The notes beneath the pieces are model-generated. The model was given only the letters and a program-made list of their open reading frames with translations. It made no database searches and had not been told where the DNA came from. The position numbers and the translations under genes were made by a program. Shown here piece by piece: positions 8,569-17,713 of a stretch of DNA of 60,084 nt. Within the stretch, counting starts at the first letter, position 1. Each line of letters starts with the position of its first letter. The DNA is from Candidatus Woesearchaeota archaeon (GTDB taxonomy: Archaea > Nanobdellota > Nanobdellia > Pacearchaeales > GW2011-AR1), in the NCBI GenBank assembly GCA_964344105.1, contig CAYFMD010000004.1, forward strand, positions 1 to 60,084, given 5' to 3'.

Positions 8569-9528
8569 TTAGTCTTTATTCCAAATGTGTTGGTTTTCTT
8601 TGTACCAGTTAATTGTTTGTTCTAAGGCCTCATTGAATTCATATTTTGGTTCCCAGTTAAGGAGTTTTTTTGCCTTTTTATTGGATCCGTAAAATCTCAT
8701 GGCCTCACTTTTATTATAGGATTTTGTGAATTTTATTTCTGAATTTGTTTTTGTTAATTCCTTAATTTTTAGAATAACATCTTTAACTTTTACCTCTTCA
8801 CCTGAGCAAATATTTATTGTTTCTCCAAATAGCTCTTTTTTTGGATTTTCTATTACTAGTTCAATTGCACTAATTAAGTCTTTAACATAAATGAAATCTT
8901 TAGTTTGTTGGCCAGGAGTTGTCTCTATTGGATTGTTATTTAGGCATTGTGTTATCATATAAGGGATTAACATAGTAGGAGATTGATTTTCTCCAAATAT
9001 TGAGAATGGTTTTAGTGTTGTTATTGGTAAACTATGTGCGTTATGGAAATATGTTGATAGTATTCTTATTTGTGTTTTGGATAAAGAGTATGGAGAAGTT
9101 GGTATTTCTTTTTGAGATTCTGTTAATGGAGATTTATTATTACCATATTCTTCTGCAGATCCAAAGTTGATGATTATTTTTAGATCTTCTAGATTTAAGC
9201 ATGCATTGTAGATATTTTTAGACATTTGGAGATTTTTCATTGAGTTATTTACTCCTTCTTGGTCTTTTCTTTTGTCTATTATGGATGCTAGATGGATTAT
9301 AACTGTTGGTTTTATATTTTCTATGAGAAGATTGACATGGTTGCTATTTGTTAAGTCTAGCTTATGGAAATCTATTTTTCCTCGAAGGTCTTTGAGAGAG
9401 GTTTCTTCCAAAGGCTTTCTAGAGGTGGTAGAAATTTTATAATTGTTTTTTAATAGTTCTCTAATTAGATTAGATCCTATGAATCCGTCCCCTCCAGTGA
9501 TTAGAACCCTATCTTCTTTCATAGTCAT
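8569..9528 (-). CDS. NAD-dependent sugar epimerase/reductase (extended SDR)
   Basis: VLITGGDGFIGSNL Rossmann motif, YSLSK catalytic YxxxK; follows rfbF-rfbG on the same strand (stop of rfbG overlaps its start). Confidence 0.8.
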   Translation of the reverse strand: MTMKEDRVLITGGDGFIGSNLIRELLKNNYKISTTSRKPLEETSLKDLRGKIDFHKLDLTNSNHVNLLIENIKPTVIIHLASIIDKRKDQEGVNNSMKNLQMSKNIYNACLNLEDLKIIINFGSAEEYGNNKSPLTESQKEIPTSPYSLSKTQIRILSTYFHNAHSLPITTLKPFSIFGENQSPTMLIPYMITQCLNNNPIETTPGQQTKDFIYVKDLISAIELVIENPKKELFGETINICSGEEVKVKDVILKIKELTKTNSEIKFTKSYNKSEAMRFYGSNKKAKKLLNWEPKYEFNEALEQTINWYKENQHIWNKD

Positions 9529-10585
9529 CTATTTGTTTGAGACATAGAATGTAAGGATCTTCATTTGATTTGTACCATGAAGCGGTTAGACCTATTGTCT
9601 CATTGATATTTAATTTTGGTTTCCACCCCAATTGAAAAATAGATTTTGAAATATCTAGGCTTAGTAATTTTGCTTCATGCGGTTCATTTGATTGATCATT
9701 TGAAACATCCCTCATAGTACCAGAACCCCACTCTTTTAGGAATTGGTTTACAATTACTCCTACTGGTTGGATTAATTCTGTTTTTGGCCCAAAGTTCCAT
9801 GCAGAGTCAACAGGTTCTTTCTGAAGAAGCTTTTTTCCTAGAAGGATGTAACCATCAAGAGGTTCTAGGACATGTTGCCAAGGTCTTGTTGATCTTGGAC
9901 TTCTAATTTCTATGTCTTGATTGTTTTTTAGGAATTTTACACAGTCTGGAATTAGCCTATCCCTAGACCAGTCCCCTCCACCAATTACATTTCCAGCCCT
10001 AGCACTTGCTATCATTTTCCCTTGTTCTTTAAGAAATGATTTTCTGTATGCATCTACTGCAATTTCTGCACAGGATTTGCTCCCACTATATGGATCCCTT
10101 CCACCAAGCTCATCATCCTCCCTATAACCCCATAACCACTCTTTATTCTTGTACACCTTATCTGTTGTTACCATTACAGCTGCCTTTACATCATTCTCCC
10201 TTATACATTCTAGAACATTTACAGTACCCATTAAATTGGCTTCAAAAGTTTCTCTAGGTTTTTCATAAGATGGCCTGACTAATGCTTGTGCAGCTAGATG
10301 AAATACTATCTCAGGTTGATGTTTATTGAAAACTTCTTTTAATCTTTGGAAGTCTGTTAGGTCTCCCCTTTCATCGATTATTTTTTCTGATAAATGGCAG
10401 TCTTTGAAAAGTTTCTCATTTTCAGATTCCTCTAATGAAAATCCTATGACTTTTGCTCCAAGTTTGTTGAGCCAAATTGTTAACCAAGTCCCTTTAAATC
10501 CTGTATGTCCTGTTATTAGGACCTTTCTCCCATTCCAAAAAGTATCTAATCCCAGATCTTCCATTTTGCATTCCCTTCCTCCCAT
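9509..10585 (-). CDS. rfbG: CDP-glucose 4,6-dehydratase
   Basis: GRKVLITGHTGFKGTWLTIWL, YSGSK catalytic motif, length and context typical of RfbG; start probably the internal MEDLGL. Confidence 0.85.
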   Translation of the reverse strand: MGGRECKMEDLGLDTFWNGRKVLITGHTGFKGTWLTIWLNKLGAKVIGFSLEESENEKLFKDCHLSEKIIDERGDLTDFQRLKEVFNKHQPEIVFHLAAQALVRPSYEKPRETFEANLMGTVNVLECIRENDVKAAVMVTTDKVYKNKEWLWGYREDDELGGRDPYSGSKSCAEIAVDAYRKSFLKEQGKMIASARAGNVIGGGDWSRDRLIPDCVKFLKNNQDIEIRSPRSTRPWQHVLEPLDGYILLGKKLLQKEPVDSAWNFGPKTELIQPVGVIVNQFLKEWGSGTMRDVSNDQSNEPHEAKLLSLDISKSIFQLGWKPKLNINETIGLTASWYKSNEDPYILCLKQIDDYERR

Positions 10586-11331
10586 AAGGCATTTAACTCA
10601 TCCATATCTTTATGAGTATCCATGCACCTCCAAAAATCATCATGTTTGTATATTGCCAAGTTTCCTTCTCTTGATAATCTTTCTAAGGGTTCTCTTTCTA
10701 AGGAAGTTTTATCATCTGCTATATAATCAAAGATAGAAGGTTCAAAAACAAAAAAGCCTCCATTGATGTACCCTTCACTAACCTGAGGTTTTTCTTCAAA
10801 ACTAACTACAAGATTTTCCCTTACATTTAGTTCTCCAAATCTTGAAGAAGGTCTAACGCCAGTAACTGTCGCAAATTTCCCATGAGATTCATGAAATTCC
10901 ATTAGCTTGTTTATATCTATATTGGCAACTCCATCCCCGTAAGTAACCATAAACCTATTGTCCCCAATTACTTGCTTTAATCTTTTTATCCTTCCACCAG
11001 TCAGTGTATTTAACCCAGTGTCAACTATAGTTATATTGAACATTTCTTGATTATTTGATAGGAGATCTATTTTGTTATCTTTCAAATTGATTGTGAAATC
11101 ATTATGCATAAGGATGAAGTTCATGAAATATTGTTTTATATCTTCTACCTTGTAGCCACCAGCTATTACAAAATCTGTATAACCATATTTAGCATAGATT
11201 TTCATTATATGCCAAATTATTGGCTTTCCTCCAATCTTCACCATGGGTTTTGGTTTAAATTCAGTTTCTCCCTTTAATCTAGTTCCAAATCCTCCTGCTA
11301 GGATAACTATCTTGCAATTTTGTTCATTCAT
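10546..11331 (-). CDS. rfbF: Glucose-1-phosphate cytidylyltransferase
   Basis: KIVILAGGFGTRLKGETEFKPKPMVKIGGKPIIWHIM is the classical RfbF N-terminus. Confidence 0.9.
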   Translation of the reverse strand: MNEQNCKIVILAGGFGTRLKGETEFKPKPMVKIGGKPIIWHIMKIYAKYGYTDFVIAGGYKVEDIKQYFMNFILMHNDFTINLKDNKIDLLSNNQEMFNITIVDTGLNTLTGGRIKRLKQVIGDNRFMVTYGDGVANIDINKLMEFHESHGKFATVTGVRPSSRFGELNVRENLVVSFEEKPQVSEGYINGGFFVFEPSIFDYIADDKTSLEREPLERLSREGNLAIYKHDDFWRCMDTHKDMDELNALWEEGNAKWKIWD

Positions 11332-12302
11332 TTTAATATATCTCCTTTGTCATGGAAAAGCTTTACACTATATCCTTCTAAAATTGGCCACCCATGAGGA
11401 TATCCATAATTTGAATCATGAGTATGAATTAGATGTTTATTTCTAACAAAGAACTTGTTTAAATGAGATTCATCAAGCCAGGTTGCAATTATTTTATTTT
11501 TGAAATCATTTTCGATCCCTTCATTTATTCTTTTGCACATTTCTATCACATAATTTGTTTTTCCACCCCAAAAGCATGCTTGTCTGTAAATAGATCGGTC
11601 ATCATTTTCTGTTAATGCTGCTTTTGATTCTGAGTTTAATTCAAACTGGCCTGGAGCATTTAGAAAGCATGGATGTCTCATTGCAAATATTGGTTGAGTG
11701 TGGCAAAAAAATTCTTCCTCTGTTGTAATGTCTTTTGCATACATATCTGAATCTATGTACACAACATGCGAATAATCCTTTAGTTTCTCTGCTATGCTTG
11801 CAATAAATTTGAATTTAGATAGAGTCATGACTGCAGGTCCGCCATATTTAACTTGGATTATTTTTACATTGTCCTTATCTTTAAAATAATCATAATCGAT
11901 TTGGTCCGTAAATGCAAAAAAATCTTTTTCAGTTTCTGGCAAGAAGTTTTGATTTATTGTTGAATAGAATCTTGGGAAAAACTTGACATAGTCTTGTGAT
12001 CCCATAAATATTATTGCTATCTTTTCACATTTCTGTTGTTGGAATACAGGATTCTTATTTTTTAGAGAATTCTTTAGGGCGCTCCTGGATCTTAGGAATT
12101 TTAGATATCTTACAAATTTATCTCCAAAAACATTTTCAATTAAGTATTTGAGAGGATGTCTTTTTTTAACTAGCTCTATGTTTAGACTTCTTATTCCATC
12201 CATCGCCTCCCATTGGAAATTACCCTTTTTATCAGCCTTATTTTCCATAGATAACATTGAGTATGTTAATTTAAAAAGATTGTTGGAGTGCGTTTCACAC
12301 AC
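11328..12302 (-). CDS. GT6-family (ABO / alpha-1,3-Gal(NAc)-transferase-like) glycosyltransferase
   Basis: FFAFTDQ, VVYIDSDM (DxD), RHPCF, CFWGG and ATWLDESHLNKFF match hallmark GT6 blocks of vertebrate GTA/GTB; real start probably the internal MLSMENK. Confidence 0.8.
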   Translation of the reverse strand: MCETHSNNLFKLTYSMLSMENKADKKGNFQWEAMDGIRSLNIELVKKRHPLKYLIENVFGDKFVRYLKFLRSRSALKNSLKNKNPVFQQQKCEKIAIIFMGSQDYVKFFPRFYSTINQNFLPETEKDFFAFTDQIDYDYFKDKDNVKIIQVKYGGPAVMTLSKFKFIASIAEKLKDYSHVVYIDSDMYAKDITTEEEFFCHTQPIFAMRHPCFLNAPGQFELNSESKAALTENDDRSIYRQACFWGGKTNYVIEMCKRINEGIENDFKNKIIATWLDESHLNKFFVRNKHLIHTHDSNYGYPHGWPILEGYSVKLFHDKGDILK

Positions 12303-12309
12303 TCCTGCC

Positions 12310-12362
12310 CCCTACTTTTTATCCCCTACCCACCAATCCATTCTCTTCAATAAAAAGTAGGG
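12310..12362. repeat. Perfect 13-bp inverted repeat (ccctactttttat / ataaaaagtaggg) with a 27-nt C-rich spacer
   Basis: Read directly, in the divergent region between the GT6 gene and the radical SAM gene. Confidence 0.7.
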
Positions 12363-12402
12363 TTGGGATAGATGGGTTGATCATAATTAACCTTAAAAAA
12401 CC

Positions 12403-13389
12403 TTGAATCATGTACTAGAATTAGTGAAAATGAATCTAAAAAGACAGGTATATTTGATGCTTCCTAAACCATTGCAGAAAAAGACTAAAGATTTTTACTA
12501 TGGTAAATGGATTGATAGTTTGTATAAAAGAAAATATAGAAAATTCTATGGGTTGAATGATTTTTTTGATACAATAGCCCTTGAAACTACTACTTATTGT
12601 AATTTGAGATGTTCTTTTTGTCCAAATAGTAATCATGAAAGAGGGTTGCAAAAAAATGAGAAGAAGATGGATAAGGAATTGTTCAAGAAAATAATTAATG
12701 AATTGGCTGAGATTGGATATAGGGGGAAAGTTGCGTTGTATTCATATGGAGAGCCTTGTACTGATGAAAGATTGCCAGAACTAGTTCAATATGCCAAGCA
12801 AAAATTGCCAAACGCCTTTGTGGAGATTAATAGTAACGGATTTTTGTTGACAGTTGAGTTATATCAGAAGCTGGTTAGATCAGGAATAGATAAGATTTAT
12901 GTTAGCCAATATGCAGATAAGATGCCTCCAAGTATTGTTAAGGTATATGATTTCCTAAGGGAGAATCCAGAATTTCCAGATAGGATAAAATATAGGATAT
13001 TTAATGCAGAGACATATCCATTGCTTTCAAATAGAGGAGGAGAGATTGAGATGGAAGAATCTGTAAATTATGAAAGACCTATTTGTGGCTATCCACATCA
13101 CGCGCAGACAATAGATTGGGAAGGTAACTGGGTTTTATGTTGTAATGATTACCATAGTAGTGTTAAATTTGGGAATCTAGCTAAAGAGACTATAATGCAG
13201 ATATGGAATAAGCCTTACTTCAAAAAGATAAGAGAAGATACAAATAATGGAATTTATGATTTAGAAATCTGCAAAATTTGTGTGGGTCAGAAAAGTGCTA
13301 AGAAGGATCAAGATCTAGAAAGTAATAATTTGGTTACTATAAGATCTTCTTTACCTAGTTCTCCAAGCACAAGTAATGCTAGTGCATAA
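12403..13389 (+). CDS. Radical SAM / SPASM-domain protein
   Basis: CNLRCSFC (Cx3Cx2C) cluster motif; Cys-rich C-terminal region (CGYP..VLCCNDY..CKIC); track start is TTG, ATG at 12430 is more likely. Confidence 0.75.
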   Translation: MNHVLELVKMNLKRQVYLMLPKPLQKKTKDFYYGKWIDSLYKRKYRKFYGLNDFFDTIALETTTYCNLRCSFCPNSNHERGLQKNEKKMDKELFKKIINELAEIGYRGKVALYSYGEPCTDERLPELVQYAKQKLPNAFVEINSNGFLLTVELYQKLVRSGIDKIYVSQYADKMPPSIVKVYDFLRENPEFPDRIKYRIFNAETYPLLSNRGGEIEMEESVNYERPICGYPHHAQTIDWEGNWVLCCNDYHSSVKFGNLAKETIMQIWNKPYFKKIREDTNNGIYDLEICKICVGQKSAKKDQDLESNNLVTIRSSLPSSPSTSNASA

Positions 13390-14822
13390 ACTATAACTCC
13401 AATTAGGATTGTTGCTATAGCTATTGAGAGAGTTATTGCTGTAAACATTGATAGGAAATATTTTAGTGCTATGAGCATTATTACGCTTGCTAATGTTGAA
13501 GTTATTAGAGAAGTTAAAGGCAGTTTGTTTTTGAAATCTCTGCTAAAGTGTCTTAGGGCCATTATGAAATAGATTAGCCAGCTAAGTAGGGTTGCTATTG
13601 CTGCACCCTTTATTGCCATTTCTGGAGAGATTTTCAAAAAGTGCCTTATGAATAAGAAATTTAGGATTACATTTATTATACTTACTGTGAATATTATTTT
13701 TGCGAATACTTCGGGCATTTTCTTTGCGGAATAAAGATGCAATAATATGGATAGCGATACTATTGGAAGAATTGTGAAACCTAAAATGTATAATGGGCCT
13801 GCTGCCAATACATACTGGGCTCCAAAAAATAGCTTTGTGAAGTATTCCCCTAAGACTAATAGGCCAAATGAAGAAGGAATTGATAGTATTATTACAAACC
13901 TTAATACTTTATCGAATACTTTAACAGTTTCTTCCTTGCTTATTTTGGTGAAAATTGGTAATAAGACCATGTTTGGTGCTGCTAAGAAGGTTGTTATTCC
14001 AATTATCATTGAAAATGCTGCTTTATAGAATCCGACATATTCTACTAAGCTGGCTCCTAAGAAGATTCCAAGCATTATTGAGTCTACATTCATGAAGAAT
14101 ACGCTAGAAATGCTTGATATTGTTAGAAATCTTACAAACCTTAGAACTGATTTCTTATCAATATGGTCGGGATGTTTTATGAATAACTCTGGAAAATTTT
14201 TCTTGAAGTACATTAAAATTATAATTAATGCTATAAGGTGGATTAATGCTAATCCTAAAAAAATTCCTAGAACCTGATATTTAGCTGCTACGAAAATAAA
14301 GAGAGTTGCTGCAAAAATTATCTTTAATAATTGTACCAATGTCTCCCGAAGACTTATGAATTGGGCTTTTTCTAGGGTGTAGAATAACTGATTATGAAAA
14401 ACCTCAAAAGATAGTACAAATATGTAGAAAGAGGCGGCCATCAAAGGAATGAATAGATCCGCGTTTTTGAAAACGTAATTTGAAATAGGGTAGGCTAATA
14501 ATATTAGTAATATGAAGAATGTTACAGAAAGAACGATCTTTATTTTTAATAGGTATTTGTAATAGGCCCCTATCCTTTTCTTATCATTGTTTAGTGCCGC
14601 AGAGATGAATCTGACTGCAGAAGCATTTATTCCTATATCTGCAAATATATAGAAAAATAGGCCTATGGACATTGCTATTGAGAAAATTCCGTATCTTTCT
14701 GGCAATAGCATCCTTGCTATCAGTATTGTAAAGAATAATGCTCCAAATCTACTAATTAGAGTTGCTGTGAACCCCCAGAATGAGTTTTTTACTATTCTCT
14801 TGCCAAGGTTTTCTTCGTTCAT
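13308..14822 (-). CDS. Wzx-type oligosaccharide flippase (MOP superfamily)
   Basis: 504 aa, about 12-14 predicted TM helices, typical polysaccharide-biosynthesis-protein N-terminus; glycan cluster context. Confidence 0.7.
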   Translation of the reverse strand: MNEENLGKRIVKNSFWGFTATLISRFGALFFTILIARMLLPERYGIFSIAMSIGLFFYIFADIGINASAVRFISAALNNDKKRIGAYYKYLLKIKIVLSVTFFILLILLAYPISNYVFKNADLFIPLMAASFYIFVLSFEVFHNQLFYTLEKAQFISLRETLVQLLKIIFAATLFIFVAAKYQVLGIFLGLALIHLIALIIILMYFKKNFPELFIKHPDHIDKKSVLRFVRFLTISSISSVFFMNVDSIMLGIFLGASLVEYVGFYKAAFSMIIGITTFLAAPNMVLLPIFTKISKEETVKVFDKVLRFVIILSIPSSFGLLVLGEYFTKLFFGAQYVLAAGPLYILGFTILPIVSLSILLHLYSAKKMPEVFAKIIFTVSIINVILNFLFIRHFLKISPEMAIKGAAIATLLSWLIYFIMALRHFSRDFKNKLPLTSLITSTLASVIMLIALKYFLSMFTAITLSIAIATILIGVIVYALALLVLGELGKEDLIVTKLLLSRS

Positions 14823-14852
14823 CCTAGATAGTAAGTTAGTGAGTTTAATAAC

Positions 14853-15506
14853 TTAATTCCTAATGACAACAACTCTTGCAAATAAAGAAGGATAGAAATT
14901 TGCTAAAGAATCTATTATGCTGTCAAAAATTGTGGATAGGAATTTTTTGAGAGGAGTTCCATGGACACTAGATCTTGAATGCCATCGATATTCTATCTCT
15001 TTCACATCTATGTATGTTGAGAAGAAGTTTACGATATCCTTAACCCTTGGAGTTTGTATATGGCCTGCACGCTCTACAACTGCAAAAGGAGGAAGTTGTA
15101 CAGAAGTTTTTCTTCCAATTAAGAAATTGAATCTGCAATAAAAGTTATATTCGTTTGGCATAGATAGAAAGAATCTTGCATCTGGTTTAGCAATCCTAAG
15201 TATTTCTTTTATTACCTTGTGAGGCCAAATAGTATGTTCTAATGTTTCAAGACATAGGATAATATCGAACTGATTGTCTTCTATTGGGATAGGGAGTTTG
15301 TTTAGATCACAAGAATAATCCTGATGGCCATCGAAGTCTAATCCATAATATTCAACATTATCTGGTAAGAATTTTTCTAAGTATCTTTCTTTTGCAGCTC
15401 CGATATCTAATAGTTTGTATTTTCTATCTTTTGGTAGGTTCCAAATGGTTCTTAAGGGCATGACAAGTTGTTTTCCATCTGCACGTATCTTTTTTTCATC
15501 GAACAT
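14853..15506 (-). CDS. Class I SAM-dependent methyltransferase
   Basis: KLLDIGAAKERY motif I-like, DIILCLETLEH motif, LSMPNE. Confidence 0.65.
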   Translation of the reverse strand: MFDEKKIRADGKQLVMPLRTIWNLPKDRKYKLLDIGAAKERYLEKFLPDNVEYYGLDFDGHQDYSCDLNKLPIPIEDNQFDIILCLETLEHTIWPHKVIKEILRIAKPDARFFLSMPNEYNFYCRFNFLIGRKTSVQLPPFAVVERAGHIQTPRVKDIVNFFSTYIDVKEIEYRWHSRSSVHGTPLKKFLSTIFDSIIDSLANFYPSLFARVVVIRN

Positions 15507-15639
15507 GCATAAGGCTGTTAATTAGATATTTTAAAGATTTATGTTGTTTTTTAGTTATTGGTTAATAAGATATTTTTAAGAGTCTAAGAATATTCTCTAT
15601 TAAAGCAAATATTATAAAGGGCGCATTTATTGCATTGCT

Positions 15640-16236
15640 ATGGATTATGTGCTTTTCGATGTAGGCAATGTTATTGTTAATGCAAATCATGAATTGACTC
15701 ATGACTTTTTACAGGAAAGAGGTGTGCCTGGGAGTGACGCAATTAGGTTTTATGATAATGGTAGTGCTTATGGAAATTTTGAGAGGGGTAGAATTAGTGC
15801 CGCTGAGTTTTGTGGAGAATTAAATGCTACAATGAATACGCGCCTTTCTGAAGATAAATTGAGACAAGCTCACCATGTACATATTTATGAGGTTGCTCCA
15901 GGAATCATCGATCAGATTGGAAGAGTCCCATATGCCAAAAGAGGGGTGTTAACGGATACTAATGAGTGGCAAAATCAGAGAGTTGCTCAGTTAATTAATC
16001 TTGAAGAATATTTCCCTCAAGAGAGGATATTTAAGTCTAACCAGATGGGTCATATGAAAATAGATGCAGAGTGTTTTCCATATGTTCTTGAAAGATTAGG
16101 GGTTTCTGGAGAGAGGGTTTTATTGATAGATGACAGTAACCCAAAAATAGAATTAGCTAGGGAAAATGGTTTGCAAACAATATTGTTTGAGAATGTTGAT
16201 CAGTTAGCTGAAGAATTAGGACAATATGGTTTTTGA
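15640..16236 (+). CDS. HAD-superfamily hydrolase
   Basis: VLFDVGNVIV motif I region, VLTDTN motif II-like, LLIDDS motif IV. Confidence 0.6.
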   Translation: MDYVLFDVGNVIVNANHELTHDFLQERGVPGSDAIRFYDNGSAYGNFERGRISAAEFCGELNATMNTRLSEDKLRQAHHVHIYEVAPGIIDQIGRVPYAKRGVLTDTNEWQNQRVAQLINLEEYFPQERIFKSNQMGHMKIDAECFPYVLERLGVSGERVLLIDDSNPKIELARENGLQTILFENVDQLAEELGQYGF

Positions 16237-16283
16237 TTTTGCATCACAGAAAACATTAAAAGTGAATAGGTGATAGGTAGGAT

Positions 16284-16997
16284 ATGGAAGAGAGTACAGA
16301 AAATTTTGAAAAGGAGGTTTCAAAATTCCCTGAGAATGACTTTGATAATAACTCTGAATCAAAGTCATCTGTAAAGAAGTTGATAATATCTCCTCATGTT
16401 GATGATGAGATTTTGGCTTGCGGGGGAATTTTAGATTCAGATAGTTTTGTGTATTATTGTGGAATTGATGAGAGCAAAGTTGCTCCAGATCCCGTGCATA
16501 GGATTCCAATGGGAGCTAGAGAAGCTGAATTGAAAAGAGTTGCTGAGTTTCTTGGATATAGATATGAGATTAATAAAAATACCAAAGTTAACTTCTATAG
16601 TGAATCTCAACATGAATTGAAAGATAAATTTGAGAGGTTAATTAACGAATTGAGGCCTGAAATGATATTTATCCCAATCCCTAGCTATAATCAAGATCAT
16701 AAAGTGATCTATGATGCATTGCAGGTTGCGCTAAGACCTCATGATAAGAATTTTTTTGTAAAGAGAGTTTTGTTATATGAACAGCCACATTCTATTATGT
16801 GGGAGCCTAATGATTATAGGCCAAATTATTTTGTTCCAATAGATATTGAAAGGAAGATTAGTGCTTATAAGATGCAAGAATCGCAGGTTAGAGCCTTTAG
16901 ATCTCCAGAACTTGTTAAGGCGATTGCAAAACTTAGGGGAGGTCAAGCTGGATGCGATTATGCAGAAGGTTTTTTTATCCAGAGGTGGGTTGAATGA
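16284..16997 (+). CDS. PIG-L/LmbE-family N-acetylsugar deacetylase
   Basis: LIISPHVDDEILACGG is the PIG-L zinc-binding signature. Confidence 0.75.
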   Translation: MEESTENFEKEVSKFPENDFDNNSESKSSVKKLIISPHVDDEILACGGILDSDSFVYYCGIDESKVAPDPVHRIPMGAREAELKRVAEFLGYRYEINKNTKVNFYSESQHELKDKFERLINELRPEMIFIPIPSYNQDHKVIYDALQVALRPHDKNFFVKRVLLYEQPHSIMWEPNDYRPNYFVPIDIERKISAYKMQESQVRAFRSPELVKAIAKLRGGQAGCDYAEGFFIQRWVE

Positions 16998-17713
16998 AAT
17001 TTGCATATTTTGGATATAGATCCTGGGCAGAGGATATTCTTAGAAATTTGGAAGATAGTGAATTTGAGATAGATGCGTTCACCATTCCTGATACAGAATA
17101 TAAGTCTAATAAATTTAGAGGTGAAGATATGAAAGTCTTTAATCCAAAAGAGATTGCTGATTTGGATTTAGGGGATTATGATGCATTGCTATTTTACGGA
17201 TGGTCTTGGATAATCAAACAAGATATTGTTGATAGCCAGGTATGTATTTGTCTACATCCATCTCCTTTGCCAAAATATAGGGGAGGCAGTCCAATACAAC
17301 ACCAGATAATTAATGGAGAGGATGAAAGTGCAGTTAGTTTGTTTAAGATGGGCAAGGAATTGGATGATGGGCCAATTTACTATCAAGAAAATTTTTCTTT
17401 AGATGGGAGGTTGAAGGATATTTTTGATAGAATAGTTGAGATTGGAGGCAGGCTGACTATCAAATTACTAAAAGATTTTGTTGAAAATAAGGCTAATCCG
17501 GTTGAGCAAGATCAGAGCTTGGCTACAGAATATAAGAGAAGAAAGCCAGAGGAAAGTGAGTTAACTGCTGATAAGATTGCAGAAATGACTGGTAGGCAGA
17601 TATATGATTTTATTAGAGCGCTAGAGGATCCGTATCCTAATGCTTACATTTTAGGCAGTGATGGAAAGAAGGTTTTACTGAAATTAGCTGATTTTGAAGA
17701 TGGTACTGATTGA
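16994..17713 (+). CDS. Formyltransferase (Fmt/sugar N-formyltransferase-like)
   Basis: CLHPSPLPKYRGGSPIQHQIING and ELDDGPIY match the formyl_trans_N catalytic His/Asp region. Confidence 0.75.
   Translation: MKFAYFGYRSWAEDILRNLEDSEFEIDAFTIPDTEYKSNKFRGEDMKVFNPKEIADLDLGDYDALLFYGWSWIIKQDIVDSQVCICLHPSPLPKYRGGSPIQHQIINGEDESAVSLFKMGKELDDGPIYYQENFSLDGRLKDIFDRIVEIGGRLTIKLLKDFVENKANPVEQDQSLATEYKRRKPEESELTADKIAEMTGRQIYDFIRALEDPYPNAYILGSDGKKVLLKLADFEDGTD

Noticed and set aside
16216-16509. 97-aa ORF on the minus strand between the HAD and PIG-L genes
   Set aside because: It overlaps the 5' part of the PIG-L gene on the opposite strand. Its His/Gln/Tyr-rich composition has no motif, and the PIG-L ORF has a clear catalytic signature.
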